64,000 nt of DNA from an uncultured Spirochaetota bacterium (GTDB lineage: Bacteria > Spirochaetota > Spirochaetia > SZUA-6 > Fen-1364). The notes below the pieces were generated by a model, which did not search any database, was not told where the DNA came from, and saw only the letters and a program-made list of their open reading frames with translations. A program made the translations under genes and the position numbers. Location: positions 288,001 to 352,000 of the forward strand of contig CAWJSK010000012.1 in assembly GCA_963845535.1 (NCBI GenBank), given 5' to 3'. This document shows positions 1 through 10,314 of this stretch, in pieces; position 1 is the stretch's first letter, and each line of letters starts with the position of its first letter.

Positions 1-338
1 ACGCGGGCGGGAAACCCTCGGGAGACCTGGCAAAAGCCATCGACAAAAAGTTCGGAAGCTTCGACGTGTTCAAGGAGCAGTTCACTACCGCAGCCTCGAA
101 CCTTTTCGGAAGCGGTTGGGCGTGGCTCGTGGTTGATCCTTCCGGCGACCTTTCGGTCACCACCACTCCGAACCAGGACAACCCGGTTTCTCAGGGGCTG
201 AAGCCGATCTTCGGCCTCGACGTCTGGGAGCACGCGTACTACCTGAAGTACCAGAACAGGCGGCCCGAGTACATCACCGCTTTCTGGAACGTCGTGTCCT
301 GGGGCAACATCGAGGACAACTTCAAAAAGGCGCAGTAA
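1..338 (+). CDS. sodA: Fe/Mn superoxide dismutase, 5'-truncated by the window edge
   Basis: FGSGWAWL and [15 protein letters not shown] motifs; reading frame open from position 3. Mn versus Fe type is not resolved. Confidence 0.93.
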   Translation, partial: AGGKPSGDLAKAIDKKFGSFDVFKEQFTTAASNLFGSGWAWLVVDPSGDLSVTTTPNQDNPVSQGLKPIFGLDVWEHAYYLKYQNRRPEYITAFWNVVSWGNIEDNFKKAQ

Positions 339-343
339 GAGGG

Positions 344-1183
344 ATGGCGGCAAAACGCGTCGTCGTGACCGGGGGAAGCGGGAAAGCCGGGCGCGCAATC
401 GTTCGGGATCTGCTCGAGCATGGCTATGAGGTGCTGAACGTGGACCTTGCGCCGCCCGCGGAACGCCTGTGCCCGTTCCTCAAGGCGGACCTGTGCAAGT
501 CGGGTGAGGTTTTCGAGAGCCTTCAAGGCTTCAACGCCGTGGTCCACATGGCGGCCATCCCGGCCCCCGGTCTGATGACGGAAGAGGCGACGTTCCGCAC
601 CAACGCGGAGTCGACGTTCAACGTTTTTGCCGCCGCCACAGCGCTGCGGTTGGAGAGGGTAGTCTGGGCTTCCAGCGAGACGACCCTCGGCCTGCCCTTT
701 GATCGTGAAAAGCCTGCGTTTGCGCCGATCGATGAGAGCCACCCCTTGTACCCGGAATCCAGCTATGCGCTCTCCAAAGTGCTCGGGGAGGAAATGGCGC
801 GGCAGTACAACCGATGGACGGGCATCCCGTTCGTCGGGCTTCGGTTCTCAAACATCATAGAGCCGGGAGACTACCAGGCATTCCCCTACTGGAAGGACAC
901 AAAGCTTCGGAAGTGGAACCTCTGGGGATACGTGGATGCGCGCGACGTTGCGCAAAGCTGCAGGCTGGCCCTGGAGAAACCCGCCCGAGGCGCGGAGGCG
1001 TTCATCATTGCCGCGGCTGACACGGTCATGAATCGGCCGAGCAAGGCGCTGATGGCGGAGGTCTACCCTTCAGTCTCTCTTCGGGGGGATGTGGGGGAGT
1101 TTGAAACGCTTTTGTCGATCAAAAAGGCCCGCTCGGTGCTCGGCTATTCGCCCCGCTGGTCCTGGCGGGACCACCTCAAATAG
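344..1183 (+). CDS. NAD-dependent epimerase/dehydratase (extended SDR)
   Basis: VVTGGSGKAG Rossmann motif and YALSK catalytic motif. Confidence 0.9.
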   Translation: MAAKRVVVTGGSGKAGRAIVRDLLEHGYEVLNVDLAPPAERLCPFLKADLCKSGEVFESLQGFNAVVHMAAIPAPGLMTEEATFRTNAESTFNVFAAATALRLERVVWASSETTLGLPFDREKPAFAPIDESHPLYPESSYALSKVLGEEMARQYNRWTGIPFVGLRFSNIIEPGDYQAFPYWKDTKLRKWNLWGYVDARDVAQSCRLALEKPARGAEAFIIAAADTVMNRPSKALMAEVYPSVSLRGDVGEFETLLSIKKARSVLGYSPRWSWRDHLK

Positions 1184-1205
1184 TAATAACCGCCGCTCGG
1201 GAGTA

Positions 1206-1397
1206 CTAGACCACTTTCACGATCTTGCCGCCGCGCAGGCAGCGGGTGCACACCTTGAGAGTGGTCTTGGTCAGTCCGACCATGGTCTGGACTTTATGAA
1301 GATTGGGCTTCCACGTGCGGCGCGTCCTGTTCTTGGCGTGGCTCACCTTGTTGCCCGTTACCGTCCCCTTGCCGCATATGTCACACCTGCGTGCCAT
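1206..1397 (-). CDS. rpmB: 50S ribosomal protein L28 (Zn-ribbon, C+ form)
   Basis: [39 protein letters not shown]-like GAGGG upstream of the ATG at 1397. Confidence 0.97.
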   Translation of the reverse strand: MARRCDICGKGTVTGNKVSHAKNRTRRTWKPNLHKVQTMVGLTKTTLKVCTRCLRGGKIVKVV

Positions 1398-1436
1398 AAT
1401 TCCCTCACATTGCTCTGTTTGAGTGCTTGACTCGGA

Positions 1437-1465
1437 AACATACAGAAAAATGGCGCTTATGTAAA
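1437..1465 (-). promoter_or_regulatory. sigma70-type promoter of rpmB
   Basis: TTTACA-N17-TATGTT on the minus strand. Confidence 0.6.
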
Positions 1466-1503
1466 GGGGCCGGTCAGGCCGGTCCGATCCGGCCGGCGCT
1501 CCC

Positions 1504-1872
1504 GGCCACACAAGGAGTTGCCTACACGCACCTCGTGCTTCCATTATTACTAGCGGGGATTGGAGTTTCCATGGTGCTGCCAACCGCACCGACTGCCGCG
1601 CTCAGCTCGGTCCTCCCGACTGACATGGGCAAGGCCGCGGGCGTCAACAGCACGCTGCAGCGCTTCGGCAGCGCTTTTGGGGTGGCCATGGCAACCGCGG
1701 TCTTCGCGGCACACGGCCACCTGGGGGCCGCCATGAGCTTCGACGCGGGCTTTCGGCCTTCGCTCGCGCTCGCCTTTTCTCCGTGCTCGGCGCCGCCGCC
1801 GCTCTTGCCGCGGCGGGACGGGCGGAACGTGTGACGAATCGCGAGCCCGTGGCAGTGTCGGTCAACTCGTAG
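1504..1872 (+). pseudogene. C-terminal remnant of a DHA2 (EmrB/QacA) MFS transporter
   Basis: [18 protein letters not shown]...DMGKAAGVNSTLQRFGSAFGVA matches the last TM helices of DHA2 MFS. There is no N-terminal part or start, and a frameshift lies near 1775. Confidence 0.75.
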
Positions 1873-1907
1873 ACCGGCCCGCGGGGTTGCGGGAAGGGAG
1901 CCACGGT

Positions 1908-2403
1908 ATGTCTGAAGAAGACCAGGGTCAGCAGAACAAGCCTCTCTTTGGCAGCAGAGCGCGCGCGGTAGCGGACCTTGCCGAGGGCCACATCCTTGCC
2001 ACAGTGGAAGTGCCGGCTCCTCCAGAGCGCGTGTTCCTGGCCCTGACCTCAGGAGAAATCACCGAGTGGTGGGTGAGGGCTGGCGTCTTCGACACGAGGG
2101 AATGGACCGGTGACGTCCGGGAAGGCGGCGTCTGGCGCGCCACCGGGGTGGGCAACGGCAAGCCCTACGCGCTGGAGGGTGAGTTCCTGGAGGTCAATCC
2201 GCCCCGAAAGCTCGTGCACTCCTGGCGCGCTGCCGGGGCGCCAGGCGGTGAGCCCACCACGGTCACTTACCTCCTGGAGAGGCTGGACGGGGGGAACGCG
2301 GGTGACACTGCGACACACGGGGTTCGCTTCCCGTGAGGCGTGCCTCAACACCTGCATTGGGTGGGAGACGAGCTTCCAGAAACTGGCGGAGATCCTTTTG
2401 TAG
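1908..2403 (+). CDS. SRPBCC/AHSA1 domain protein (frameshift at G6 run 2289-2294)
   Basis: APPERVFLALT..WW..DVREGGVW..GEFLEVNPPRKLVHSW continues as GTRVTLRHTGF..GWETSFQKL in the next frame. Confidence 0.85.
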
Positions 2404-2495
2404 AAGGGCGGAGCCGCCCCGCGCACGAGCCCGCCTCGACCGCAGCGGCGGGCTGGGGCGCCGAGCGCCGGCCCGCTCGTGCGCGGCCTGGGGGC

Positions 2496-4476
2496 TTACG
2501 CCAGCATGACCTGCCCGCCGGTCACGGGCAGGGCCTGCCCTGTCTCGTATTCCTGTTCCACGAGGTAGAGGATGGCCCGCAGGACGTCCTCCACCCTGCA
2601 TCCCCGGCGCATGGGCACGCGGGATTCGTAGGACGCGCGCACGTCCTCCACCGTCTTTGCCCCGGGGACCTTCCCCGTCTTCAGGTATTGAACGAACAGC
2701 CCCGTCTTCGGATCCGACCAGAGAGGTCCCTCGAAGAAGTTCCCCGGGCAGATGGCGTTCACCTTGATGGAGTGCTCCACCAGCTCGAGAGCAAACGACT
2801 GGGTGAGGCCGATCCCGCCGAACTTGCTCCCCGCGTAGGCGAAGTTCTTGTTGCTTCCCTCCAGGCCGGACTTGGAGTTGATCTCGATGACGTCCATGAA
2901 CCGGCCCGGTGCATGTTGATGCTGGAGCTTCATGATGGGAGACAGATGCTTCACGCAGAGGAAATACCCCGTGTAGTTCACCCGTGTGACGAAATCAAAG
3001 GCTTCCGGGGTCATCTCCTCCAGGGAGCCGGCCTTGAGCACGCCGGCATTGCTTACCAGGAGATCCAGCCCGCCAAAGGCGCACACGCACTCCCGAGCAA
3101 GGGCCGAAAGGGACGCCGGATCCGTGACGTCCGCCCGGGAAAAAGCCGCCCGGTTCGCCGCGCCTCCGGCAACCGCCGCGGCATTCAGCTCGACAGCAAG
3201 CGCGCGGCCAGCCTGCTCGTTCAGGTCCGCAATGAGGACATTGGCCCCTTCCCGAAAGAGCCCGTCAGCAATCCCCTTGCCGAACCCCTGGGCTGCGCCG
3301 GTAACCAGGGCCACGCGCCCGTCCACCCGCCGCCGGGTGGAGGCGCTCTTTGCAACCTTGCGGCGATAGTTCTCCACCTCCCACGTGTCGATGAACTGGA
3401 TGTCCCTCGGCGTGAGGAACTTCGGGCCTCCGAAGTTTTCCGAAAGCCAGCTCACTTTCATGAGGTCCTCGAACACGTCCAGGCAGATCTCCACGGAGCG
3501 CGCGCTGTCCTCCACGGCCACGAGCCCCACGGCGCTGATCATGAGCATCTTCGGCGGGTAGCCCCAGCGCTTCTTGTATTCCGCAAGTCCGGACGGGAAA
3601 GCGGCCAGCGCTTCCTCGGGGTCCTTCTTGAAGTCGAGAAACAACGGCGCGGATTTGCAGTACACGATGTCGTCCGGCATGAAAGGGAGGGAAATCTTCT
3701 CCCGGTTTTCCGGACGCAGAAAATGCTGGACAACGGTGGAGTTTCGGACACCGGCCACCTTTGCGTCTCCCCTTCGGAAAGCAGCATGCGAAGCGCGGGG
3801 ACTACACGGGCCACCGCGTCCGCGACGGGGAGGGGCTCCCCCGCAAGAGGTTTTCGGAACTCTCCCGCGAATCTTGGAGAAGACATCCTCCGTGAGGGAA
3901 CGTATCTCAGCGGTAGTGTTGGCTGCAACCACGAGCCCGTGGTTTCTCATCAGCACGACATGCGGATGCGCGCCGTGGCTTTTCTTGTGGCGGGAGAGCT
4001 CGTCCCACATCAGCTTTGCAAGGCGATATCCAGGATCAGTGTACGGGACAAGGAGCGCGGCGTCCCCGAACAGCTCTTGCATCACGTTCTCAGCGTCCCG
4101 GGCGCACATGAGCGCGTTGACTCTCGAAGGGATGCGTGTGAACGACGTATTTCCAGTCGAGCATCTCATGAAGGGAGCTTTCCACGGACGGACGTCCGCC
4201 CTTCTCAGGGTCCGTCCGGCTCGACAGCAGGTCATTCTTGATCTGCTCTTCCCGCTGAAAAGGCTCCTCGGCGTACGTGCGCGAAAGGATCTTCCGCACG
4301 GACGGCCGGGACAGCTCGACGAAGCCGGCTTCCGTGATGTCCCGAAGCCCCACGCCGCTTGCCTTGATGGCGAAGCGTTCTTCGTCCTTGACCGAGGTGT
4401 TGCCGCCGCCGGCAATCGTGAAATCGTTTCCCTTCCCGTAGAAGCGGGATATCTCGATGAGCTCTTTCAGGTCCAT
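2496..4476 (-). CDS. Bifunctional class II aldolase / SDR (SrlD-like C-terminus); frameshifts at about 4130, 3852 and 3761
   Basis: N-terminus AGGGNTSVK..KASG..RPSVE..H..VVHTHP..NHGL (class II aldolase); C-terminus VTGAAQGFG, INSKSG, YAGSKFGGIGLTQSFALEL, VTGGQVM (sorbitol-6-P dehydrogenase-like). Confidence 0.88.
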
Positions 4477-4486
4477 GCAGGCGCTC

Positions 4487-5758
4487 CTATCGACGTTTGG
4501 AGAGGACGGTCTTTTCGTATTCCTCGACTTTTTCCAGCCAGCCGGCTCCCGCGGGCACTTTCTGCATGAGGCAAAACTGGTCCCAGACCGCGCCGTAGGG
4601 AAGGTCCTTGATCTCCTCCATCAGCGCAAGGCGCGCGGTAAGGTTTCCGGCCGCCTCTTCTTTCCTCAAGCTGTCCGAAGGTTCCAGAAGCGCAAAGAGG
4701 ATGGCCTTCATGGTAGCGCGGGCGCCGATCACCCATGCCGCCACGCGGTTGATGCTCGCATCGAAATAGTCGAGGGCCACGTGGACGCGGTCCCAGGCGT
4801 CTGCCCGCGCCACCTCGAGAGCGGCGGCCTTCACGTCGTCCCCGAGGATGACCACGTGATCACTGTCCCAGCGGACGCCACGGCTCAGGTGGAGGAGGAG
4901 CTCGGGAACGAACAGCAGCATGGCGGTGATCTTGTCCGCCACGGACTCCGTGGGGTGGTAGTGCCCCATGTCCACCGTGAGCATGACGTTGTTCTTTACG
5001 GCGTAGCCCAGGTAGAACTCATGGGAGCCCACCACGTAGCTTTCCGAGCCTATGCCGAAAAGCTTGCCCTCGAGGGAGTCCTTCATGAACCTCGGGTCAT
5101 GCTTCTTCTGGAAGATCCGGTCCAGGGATTCCTGGAGAAGCGCGCGCGGGGCGTGGCGGTCCGCGGGAACGTCCTTGTAGCCGTCCTGGATCCACAGGTC
5201 CACAATGCAGGGACTGCCCAGCTCCCGGCCCATGACCTCACCGATCTCTCGCGTGCGCAGGGAGTGGTTCACCCAGAAGTCCCTCACCTTCTTGTCCCGG
5301 GAGGAAAGCGTGAAGCCAGTCTCCGCCAGAGGGTGGCTGAAATACGTCTCATTGAGGTCCAGGCCGATCCCGAGCTTCTTCGCCCAGGCGATCCATGCGC
5401 TGAAAAGATCCGGGCTCAGGGCGTCCCGATCCACCTTCCTGCCGCCGTAGTCTCCATACGTGGCATGAAGGTTGGCGCGGTGTTTGCCGGGGATGAGGGA
5501 AAAGGCCAGCTCATAGTCAGCGCGAAGCTCAGCGGGGGTGCGGGCCTTGCCGGGGTAATTTCCGGTGGCCTGGATTCCGCCCCCGTACAGACCGCCCCCC
5601 TCGAAACCTCCCACGTCGTCTCCCTGCCAGCAATGGAGGGAGAGCGGTATATCCGCCAGGTTGGCAAGGGCCTGGTCGGTATTGATCCCCCACAGCGCGT
5701 ATGTCTTTTTTGCGGCTTCGTAGCCGCGCGAGATCATGTCATCAGTGAGCGTCTGCAT
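4487..5758 (-). CDS. rhaA: L-rhamnose isomerase
   Basis: SLHCWQGDDVGGFE, GGGIQATGNYPGKART, KLFGIGSESYVVGSHEFY, VRWDSDHV, LDYFDASINR. Confidence 0.95.
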   Translation of the reverse strand: MQTLTDDMISRGYEAAKKTYALWGINTDQALANLADIPLSLHCWQGDDVGGFEGGGLYGGGIQATGNYPGKARTPAELRADYELAFSLIPGKHRANLHATYGDYGGRKVDRDALSPDLFSAWIAWAKKLGIGLDLNETYFSHPLAETGFTLSSRDKKVRDFWVNHSLRTREIGEVMGRELGSPCIVDLWIQDGYKDVPADRHAPRALLQESLDRIFQKKHDPRFMKDSLEGKLFGIGSESYVVGSHEFYLGYAVKNNVMLTVDMGHYHPTESVADKITAMLLFVPELLLHLSRGVRWDSDHVVILGDDVKAAALEVARADAWDRVHVALDYFDASINRVAAWVIGARATMKAILFALLEPSDSLRKEEAAGNLTARLALMEEIKDLPYGAVWDQFCLMQKVPAGAGWLEKVEEYEKTVLSKRR

Positions 5759-5764
5759 GCGCAG

Positions 5765-5793
5765 AGGATATGGCCGATGCTTCAGTTGGTCAA
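5765..5793 (-). promoter_or_regulatory. Leaderless promoter of rhaA
   Basis: TTGACC-N17-TATCCT-N6-ATG(5758), no SD. Confidence 0.65.
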
Positions 5794-7095
5794 TGCGGCT
5801 ATGGCCGCGCCCAGGAGAGGGGCGTCGCTGACGGAGGTGATTTCCCACGCGCGCTCATGTTCGCCCGTCAAGATCCTTCCGACGTGCGACTGTACACGCT
5901 TGTGAAACGATGCAAGCTCCCAATAGGTGGTCCCGTCCACGGTGACGCACACCGGAACGGCCGGCTCCCTGCCCTTGCCTGTCTTCAGCACCACGGCCGA
6001 AATGGTGACAGCCACGAGAAGCGCGGCCCGTTCGACAACCGCATCCAGAAGGCTGAGCAAGCCCTGGCGGTCCGCTTTCGGCAGGCGGAGGCACAGCGAG
6101 CCAAGCGGATTGTCCGCGGCTTCAGGGTGCAGGAGAAAGTCATTCAGCTCCCGCGTCGAAAGCTCCTGAAGGCCCGCCACGCCCCGGGCAGCTTCGGCGG
6201 AAAAACAGCCCGCCGCGGCGGCTTCACGGGCGGCAAAGAGCCCCAAAGGCCCCAGATACGCCCCTGAGATCATCTTTTCGTGCCGGTATCTAGTCGGCGT
6301 TGCCGTGGTAGCGTCGAATGCATCATCCACGGTGCCGGCGGGTGAAAGGGCGAAAGAGCCGGACTCCGTATTGATGACCTGGGATCCGGAAGGGTCAAGC
6401 CCGGAGAGCTTTCTGATGAGCGGGTTCTTTTCGACGTAGGAGGCGTTGATACCGGTGCCGCAGACAATGCCGACAAAGTCATCAAATCTCCGGCCGGGGG
6501 CGGCATTTCTGCCGGCAAGGAGCGTTGCCACGGTGTCATTGAGGAGCACGACCCTGGGCGGCCGCTTCACGCCCGCGCTTTCCAGCGCCCTGGTGAGGTT
6601 CTTCCCCAGGACCTGCCCGTCCACGCCCCTCGCCTTGACTTCCTTGGTGAAATGGATGAGCTTCCCGTCCTTGTCGGGAAGGATCTCCGCGGGATAGGAG
6701 AAACAGAAGCCAATGGTTTCCGACCTGCCGGCAAGCGGCCTCACGTAGGCGGCAAGCGCGCGAAAGAACTCATCCTTCCCGATCTCACCTTCGGTGCCGG
6801 GCATCCGGTGCCGAGTCAGATCTTCCACCAACGCCTTCCCGTCCGCGTCGAATGTCACCGCAGCCACGCGCAAGTTCGTGCCGCCCGCATCCAGGGCAAT
6901 CACCGTGCGGCCGCGGGGCAGCTCCCGCGCTGTCTCCATGTACGTGGGGATCATGACGAGGGAAGACGGCTCCCCGTTCAGGCCCCGAGTCATCTCGGCC
7001 AGGAAGTCGTCGCAGCAGCGGAGCGCATCGATTCCTGCCGTGTGCATTTTCCGGGCCTTGAGGAACTCTTCGACTGACATGCGAGCGGCGGGCAT
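5782..7095 (-). CDS. Hexokinase (eukaryote-type hexokinase family)
   Basis: IALDAGGTNLRV, IGFCFSYP, FTKEVK, LLNDTVATLL, GTGINASY, INTESG; start chosen from TGGACA-N17-TAGGCT-N7-ATG. Confidence 0.9.
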   Translation of the reverse strand: MPAARMSVEEFLKARKMHTAGIDALRCCDDFLAEMTRGLNGEPSSLVMIPTYMETARELPRGRTVIALDAGGTNLRVAAVTFDADGKALVEDLTRHRMPGTEGEIGKDEFFRALAAYVRPLAGRSETIGFCFSYPAEILPDKDGKLIHFTKEVKARGVDGQVLGKNLTRALESAGVKRPPRVVLLNDTVATLLAGRNAAPGRRFDDFVGIVCGTGINASYVEKNPLIRKLSGLDPSGSQVINTESGSFALSPAGTVDDAFDATTATPTRYRHEKMISGAYLGPLGLFAAREAAAAGCFSAEAARGVAGLQELSTRELNDFLLHPEAADNPLGSLCLRLPKADRQGLLSLLDAVVERAALLVAVTISAVVLKTGKGREPAVPVCVTVDGTTYWELASFHKRVQSHVGRILTGEHERAWEITSVSDAPLLGAAIAALTN

Positions 7096-7105
7096 GGGAG
7101 AGAGC

Positions 7106-8470
7106 CTACCCGGCAGCCACTTTCCTGTCCAGAGAGCCTGGAGCAGAAACGGCGCGCGCGTAGGCAACGGCCTCTGCAATGTAGCCAATGGCTTCCTCCA
7201 GGCGGCGCGTCTCCTCATAACCATAGGAGAATCGAAGCTGCCGCCGGCCGGCCTGGACCATGGTTCCCTTGGGGTGCACGCAGAACTCCCCGGGGATGTA
7301 GGCCACGCGCGGGAGCTTACCCTCCGTGGGGCCGTCCACACTCTCCACGCCAGTGGTGCGGCTGAGGCATCTGAAGAACGGAGAACCCTCCGCCGTGCAG
7401 ACGTCCCGAAGCGTGAAATAGTAATAGAAGCTCGCCTGGCCTCCCCGGCATTCCTCCATGACGTCTCCCAGCGCGGAGTCGAGCCACCCCTTCACCGCCA
7501 GCGCCTTCTGCCGGTAGCCGTAGTTCACCCGTTCCAACTGGCGGTCAATGGCGTTGTCCAGGAGCCAGCTCGCTATCTCCTGGTTTATCAGGGGCGCGCT
7601 GAAACCAACGTCACTCGTGTGCTGGATCATGGCCTGGAGAAAGGGGCCATCCTCCGCGATCATGTAGCCGATCCTGAGCCCCGGAGCGATGATCTTCGAA
7701 ACGGTCCCGATCTCTAGCACGATGCCCATCTCGTCATCCCGCAAGCCCGAAAGCGGCTTCTCCACGGACGGATCATGGATCAGGTCCTCATACGCCTTGT
7801 CTAGGACGAGCGGGACCTGCCGGTTCAGCCTCCGGGAAAGGCCGGCGGCCAGGCGGACCAGGCCGCTGCGCTCCGTGTTGGCGATGATGGTGGCGCTGGG
7901 ATTGTTCACGGTCACCACGTACAGGAAGCTCACATCGGAGACCGCGTTCCCCAAGGCGTCCAGGCGCGCCGCCACATCATCCGCATGCAGGCCGTCAGCG
8001 CGTTCCGGGACGGTGACCACGGTGAAGCCCGAGCGCTCCAGGAAATCCGTGTAGATGTAGTACATCGGATCAGTCGTGATGACGATGCCGGGCCGCAGCA
8101 CGCGGGCAATCCCCTCCAGGATGCTCGTTGCCCCGTCAGGGCCAATGATGATCTGTTTGCGGGAAAGGACGTCACGGGTGAGACCGCCAATCCCGCGTGA
8201 CAGGTAATACTCCCTGATGGACTCGATCAGGCGCGCCGAGCCCTGGGGACCGCCATAGTTCAGGGAGGAACGGTACGTGCGGGGGTGGGCCAGGACCTCC
8301 GTGAGCGCCTTGCGGATGAGCGTGCGTGGAATGGTGTTCTCATTCACGTACCCGACCCCGAGGTTGATGTCGATCCCTTCCCGAAACTCCGAAGCAAAGG
8401 ACGACATCATGCGGTTGACAGGTGATGGTTCTCGCGAGAGGGCGCCATATTCCGAAAGCAGGACTTCCAT
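7106..8470 (-). CDS. PLP-dependent aminotransferase class I/II (2-aminoadipate transaminase/MocR-like, no HTH)
   Basis: NNPS, LDKAY, GTVSKIIAPGLRIGY (PLP lysine), LRFSY; promoter TTGCGC-N17-TAGAAT-N7-ATG. Confidence 0.88.
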   Translation of the reverse strand: MEVLLSEYGALSREPSPVNRMMSSFASEFREGIDINLGVGYVNENTIPRTLIRKALTEVLAHPRTYRSSLNYGGPQGSARLIESIREYYLSRGIGGLTRDVLSRKQIIIGPDGATSILEGIARVLRPGIVITTDPMYYIYTDFLERSGFTVVTVPERADGLHADDVAARLDALGNAVSDVSFLYVVTVNNPSATIIANTERSGLVRLAAGLSRRLNRQVPLVLDKAYEDLIHDPSVEKPLSGLRDDEMGIVLEIGTVSKIIAPGLRIGYMIAEDGPFLQAMIQHTSDVGFSAPLINQEIASWLLDNAIDRQLERVNYGYRQKALAVKGWLDSALGDVMEECRGGQASFYYYFTLRDVCTAEGSPFFRCLSRTTGVESVDGPTEGKLPRVAYIPGEFCVHPKGTMVQAGRRQLRFSYGYEETRRLEEAIGYIAEAVAYARAVSAPGSLDRKVAAG

Positions 8471-8527
8471 GGGCGGCATTCTACCCGCGGGAGCGTTGAG
8501 GCGCAAGAAAAGCCTCGGTGCCGCGGT

Positions 8528-8944
8528 TCAGTCGTCCTGGAAAAGGCGGCGGCCCTGCTTGATGGAAGAGCGCAGCTTCTTGCCTCGCAGGCGGGCTTCC
8601 CGGGAAGCGCGGTTGAGCCGTGTCTTCACCCGCTTGTTGGGTCTGCGCAGCGCCATGGAAATGAGCTCCGACATGCGGTCCACAGCTATCTCACGGTTCC
8701 GCACTTGCTGCCGGGTGTCCTGAACGGAGACGACGATCTCCCCCTCCACGTTGATTCGGTTGGCCAGGCGCATTTCAATCATCCCTCTTCCTTCCGGGGT
8801 CAGGAAGGAAAGGGAGGAGAGCGGGAGGCGGGCCACGACCTTGGTGGCAACCTTGTTGACGTTCTGCCCGCCGGGCCCTCCCGAGCGCGCGTAGGTGAAC
8901 TGGCATCTTTCGTGGATCAGCTCAGAAAGCGCATGAGGAGTCAT
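8528..8944 (-). CDS. arfB: Alternative ribosome rescue factor B
   Basis: RSGGPGGQNVNKV (GGQ motif), R.Q..N, basic C-terminal tail. Confidence 0.95.
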   Translation of the reverse strand: MTPHALSELIHERCQFTYARSGGPGGQNVNKVATKVVARLPLSSLSFLTPEGRGMIEMRLANRINVEGEIVVSVQDTRQQVRNREIAVDRMSELISMALRRPNKRVKTRLNRASREARLRGKKLRSSIKQGRRLFQDD

Positions 8945-10314
8945 GACGGGACCTTTTCGCAGACGGGCATCCGGATGGTGAACGTCGTGCCCTCACCGAC
9001 CGCCGAGCGCACGGAGATATTCCAGCCGTGGCTCTCGATGATTGAGCGCACCGTTGTAAGGCCAAGACCAAAGCCCTGCTCCCGCCGGGAGTTCGTCCCC
9101 CGGTAGAAGGGATCGAATATTTTCCCGATCTCTTCCTTTGGAATCCCGATCCCGGTGTCCATGATGGAAATCACGACCTCCCCGGGCGGACCCGCCATTC
9201 CCCGCGCCGTCATGCTGATCTTCCCGCCCTCCTCCGTGTAACGGATGGCGTTGCCCACGAGGTTCTCCAGGGCCCGGGAGAACAGTCCCGCGTCCATGCG
9301 CACGCAGGCTGTCTCCGCCACGTCCAGGCTCCACGAGAACTCCCTTTTCAGGATCTGGGCATCCTCGGCGAACCGCTTCGCGTTCTCCACGAGGAAGCTC
9401 TTCATGTTCACGTCGCGATGGGTCATGCGCCATTCCCCGGTTTCCATTTTCACGAACTCGATCAGCTCGGCGATCATGGCTTCCAGGGCGTGGGTCTTGT
9501 CCAGGATGATGGACAGGTACTTCCTCTGGCTGTCCGGCTCCGAGGCAAAACCGTCCGAGATGGCCTCCACGTAGCCCTGGATCAGCGTCAAGGGCGTGCG
9601 CAGGTCATGTGACACGCCCATGATGAACCGGGACCTGCGCGCGTATTCCTCCTTGAGCGCCCTGCGCATGCTGTCGAAGCTGCGGGTCAGGGACGAGATC
9701 TGGTCGTTTCCCCGGGCGGGCAGCTCGAAGTCCAGGTCTCCCTCCGCTATCCGCCGCGTTGCCCCCTCGAGCTTCAAGATGGAGCCGTTGAGGGACCGGA
9801 TAATCAGCACGCTCATGAGGGAGGAAAAAACGAGGAGCGTCACCATGCTGTACGTGATCATGAGGAGGAGCTGGTTCCGGATGAAGGCGAACTCCGGCTT
9901 GAGCCGAGGCAGCTTGAGGATGACGAGGGTCTCCGCCTGGCCCGTTTCCCGCGGCGTGTCGAAGACGAAGTGGTAGTTGTCCACGTTGTGCCGCATGTAG
10001 TCGAAAAGGCCGCTCTGTTCCGCCGACACGCCGGCGGGCAGCTCCGAGATGGTGGAGAACGTGATCTTGTTCTTGTCATCCAGGATCAGGAAATCCAGGC
10101 CGGCCGGCCTGTGCTCCGCCAGCTCCCCGAAGTTGTGGCGGCGGATGGCGCGCGGCATCTGTCGGTGAAGCCAGTCAATGACCGTTGCGTAGTTGGGGGT
10201 CGGCTCCCTCCCCCGAGCGGCAAGGTACTGGAACATGACCACCAGGGCGCCGACAAGGACGGGCACGACGATGATTCCCGCCACCAGGAGGACGAACTGC
10301 GTCCGCAGCTTCAT
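8941..10314 (-). CDS. HAMP-domain sensor histidine kinase
   Basis: Two TM segments, HAMP, VSHDLRTPLT H-box, NLVGNAIRY, DTGIGI, GFGLGL. Confidence 0.95.
   Translation of the reverse strand: MKLRTQFVLLVAGIIVVPVLVGALVVMFQYLAARGREPTPNYATVIDWLHRQMPRAIRRHNFGELAEHRPAGLDFLILDDKNKITFSTISELPAGVSAEQSGLFDYMRHNVDNYHFVFDTPRETGQAETLVILKLPRLKPEFAFIRNQLLLMITYSMVTLLVFSSLMSVLIIRSLNGSILKLEGATRRIAEGDLDFELPARGNDQISSLTRSFDSMRRALKEEYARRSRFIMGVSHDLRTPLTLIQGYVEAISDGFASEPDSQRKYLSIILDKTHALEAMIAELIEFVKMETGEWRMTHRDVNMKSFLVENAKRFAEDAQILKREFSWSLDVAETACVRMDAGLFSRALENLVGNAIRYTEEGGKISMTARGMAGPPGEVVISIMDTGIGIPKEEIGKIFDPFYRGTNSRREQGFGLGLTTVRSIIESHGWNISVRSAVGEGTTFTIRMPVCEKVPS

Noticed and set aside
2340..5905. Long plus-strand ORFs (633 aa, 482 aa)
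   Set aside because: Antisense shadows of the aldolase-SDR and rhaA genes, typical of high-GC codon bias; no motifs.
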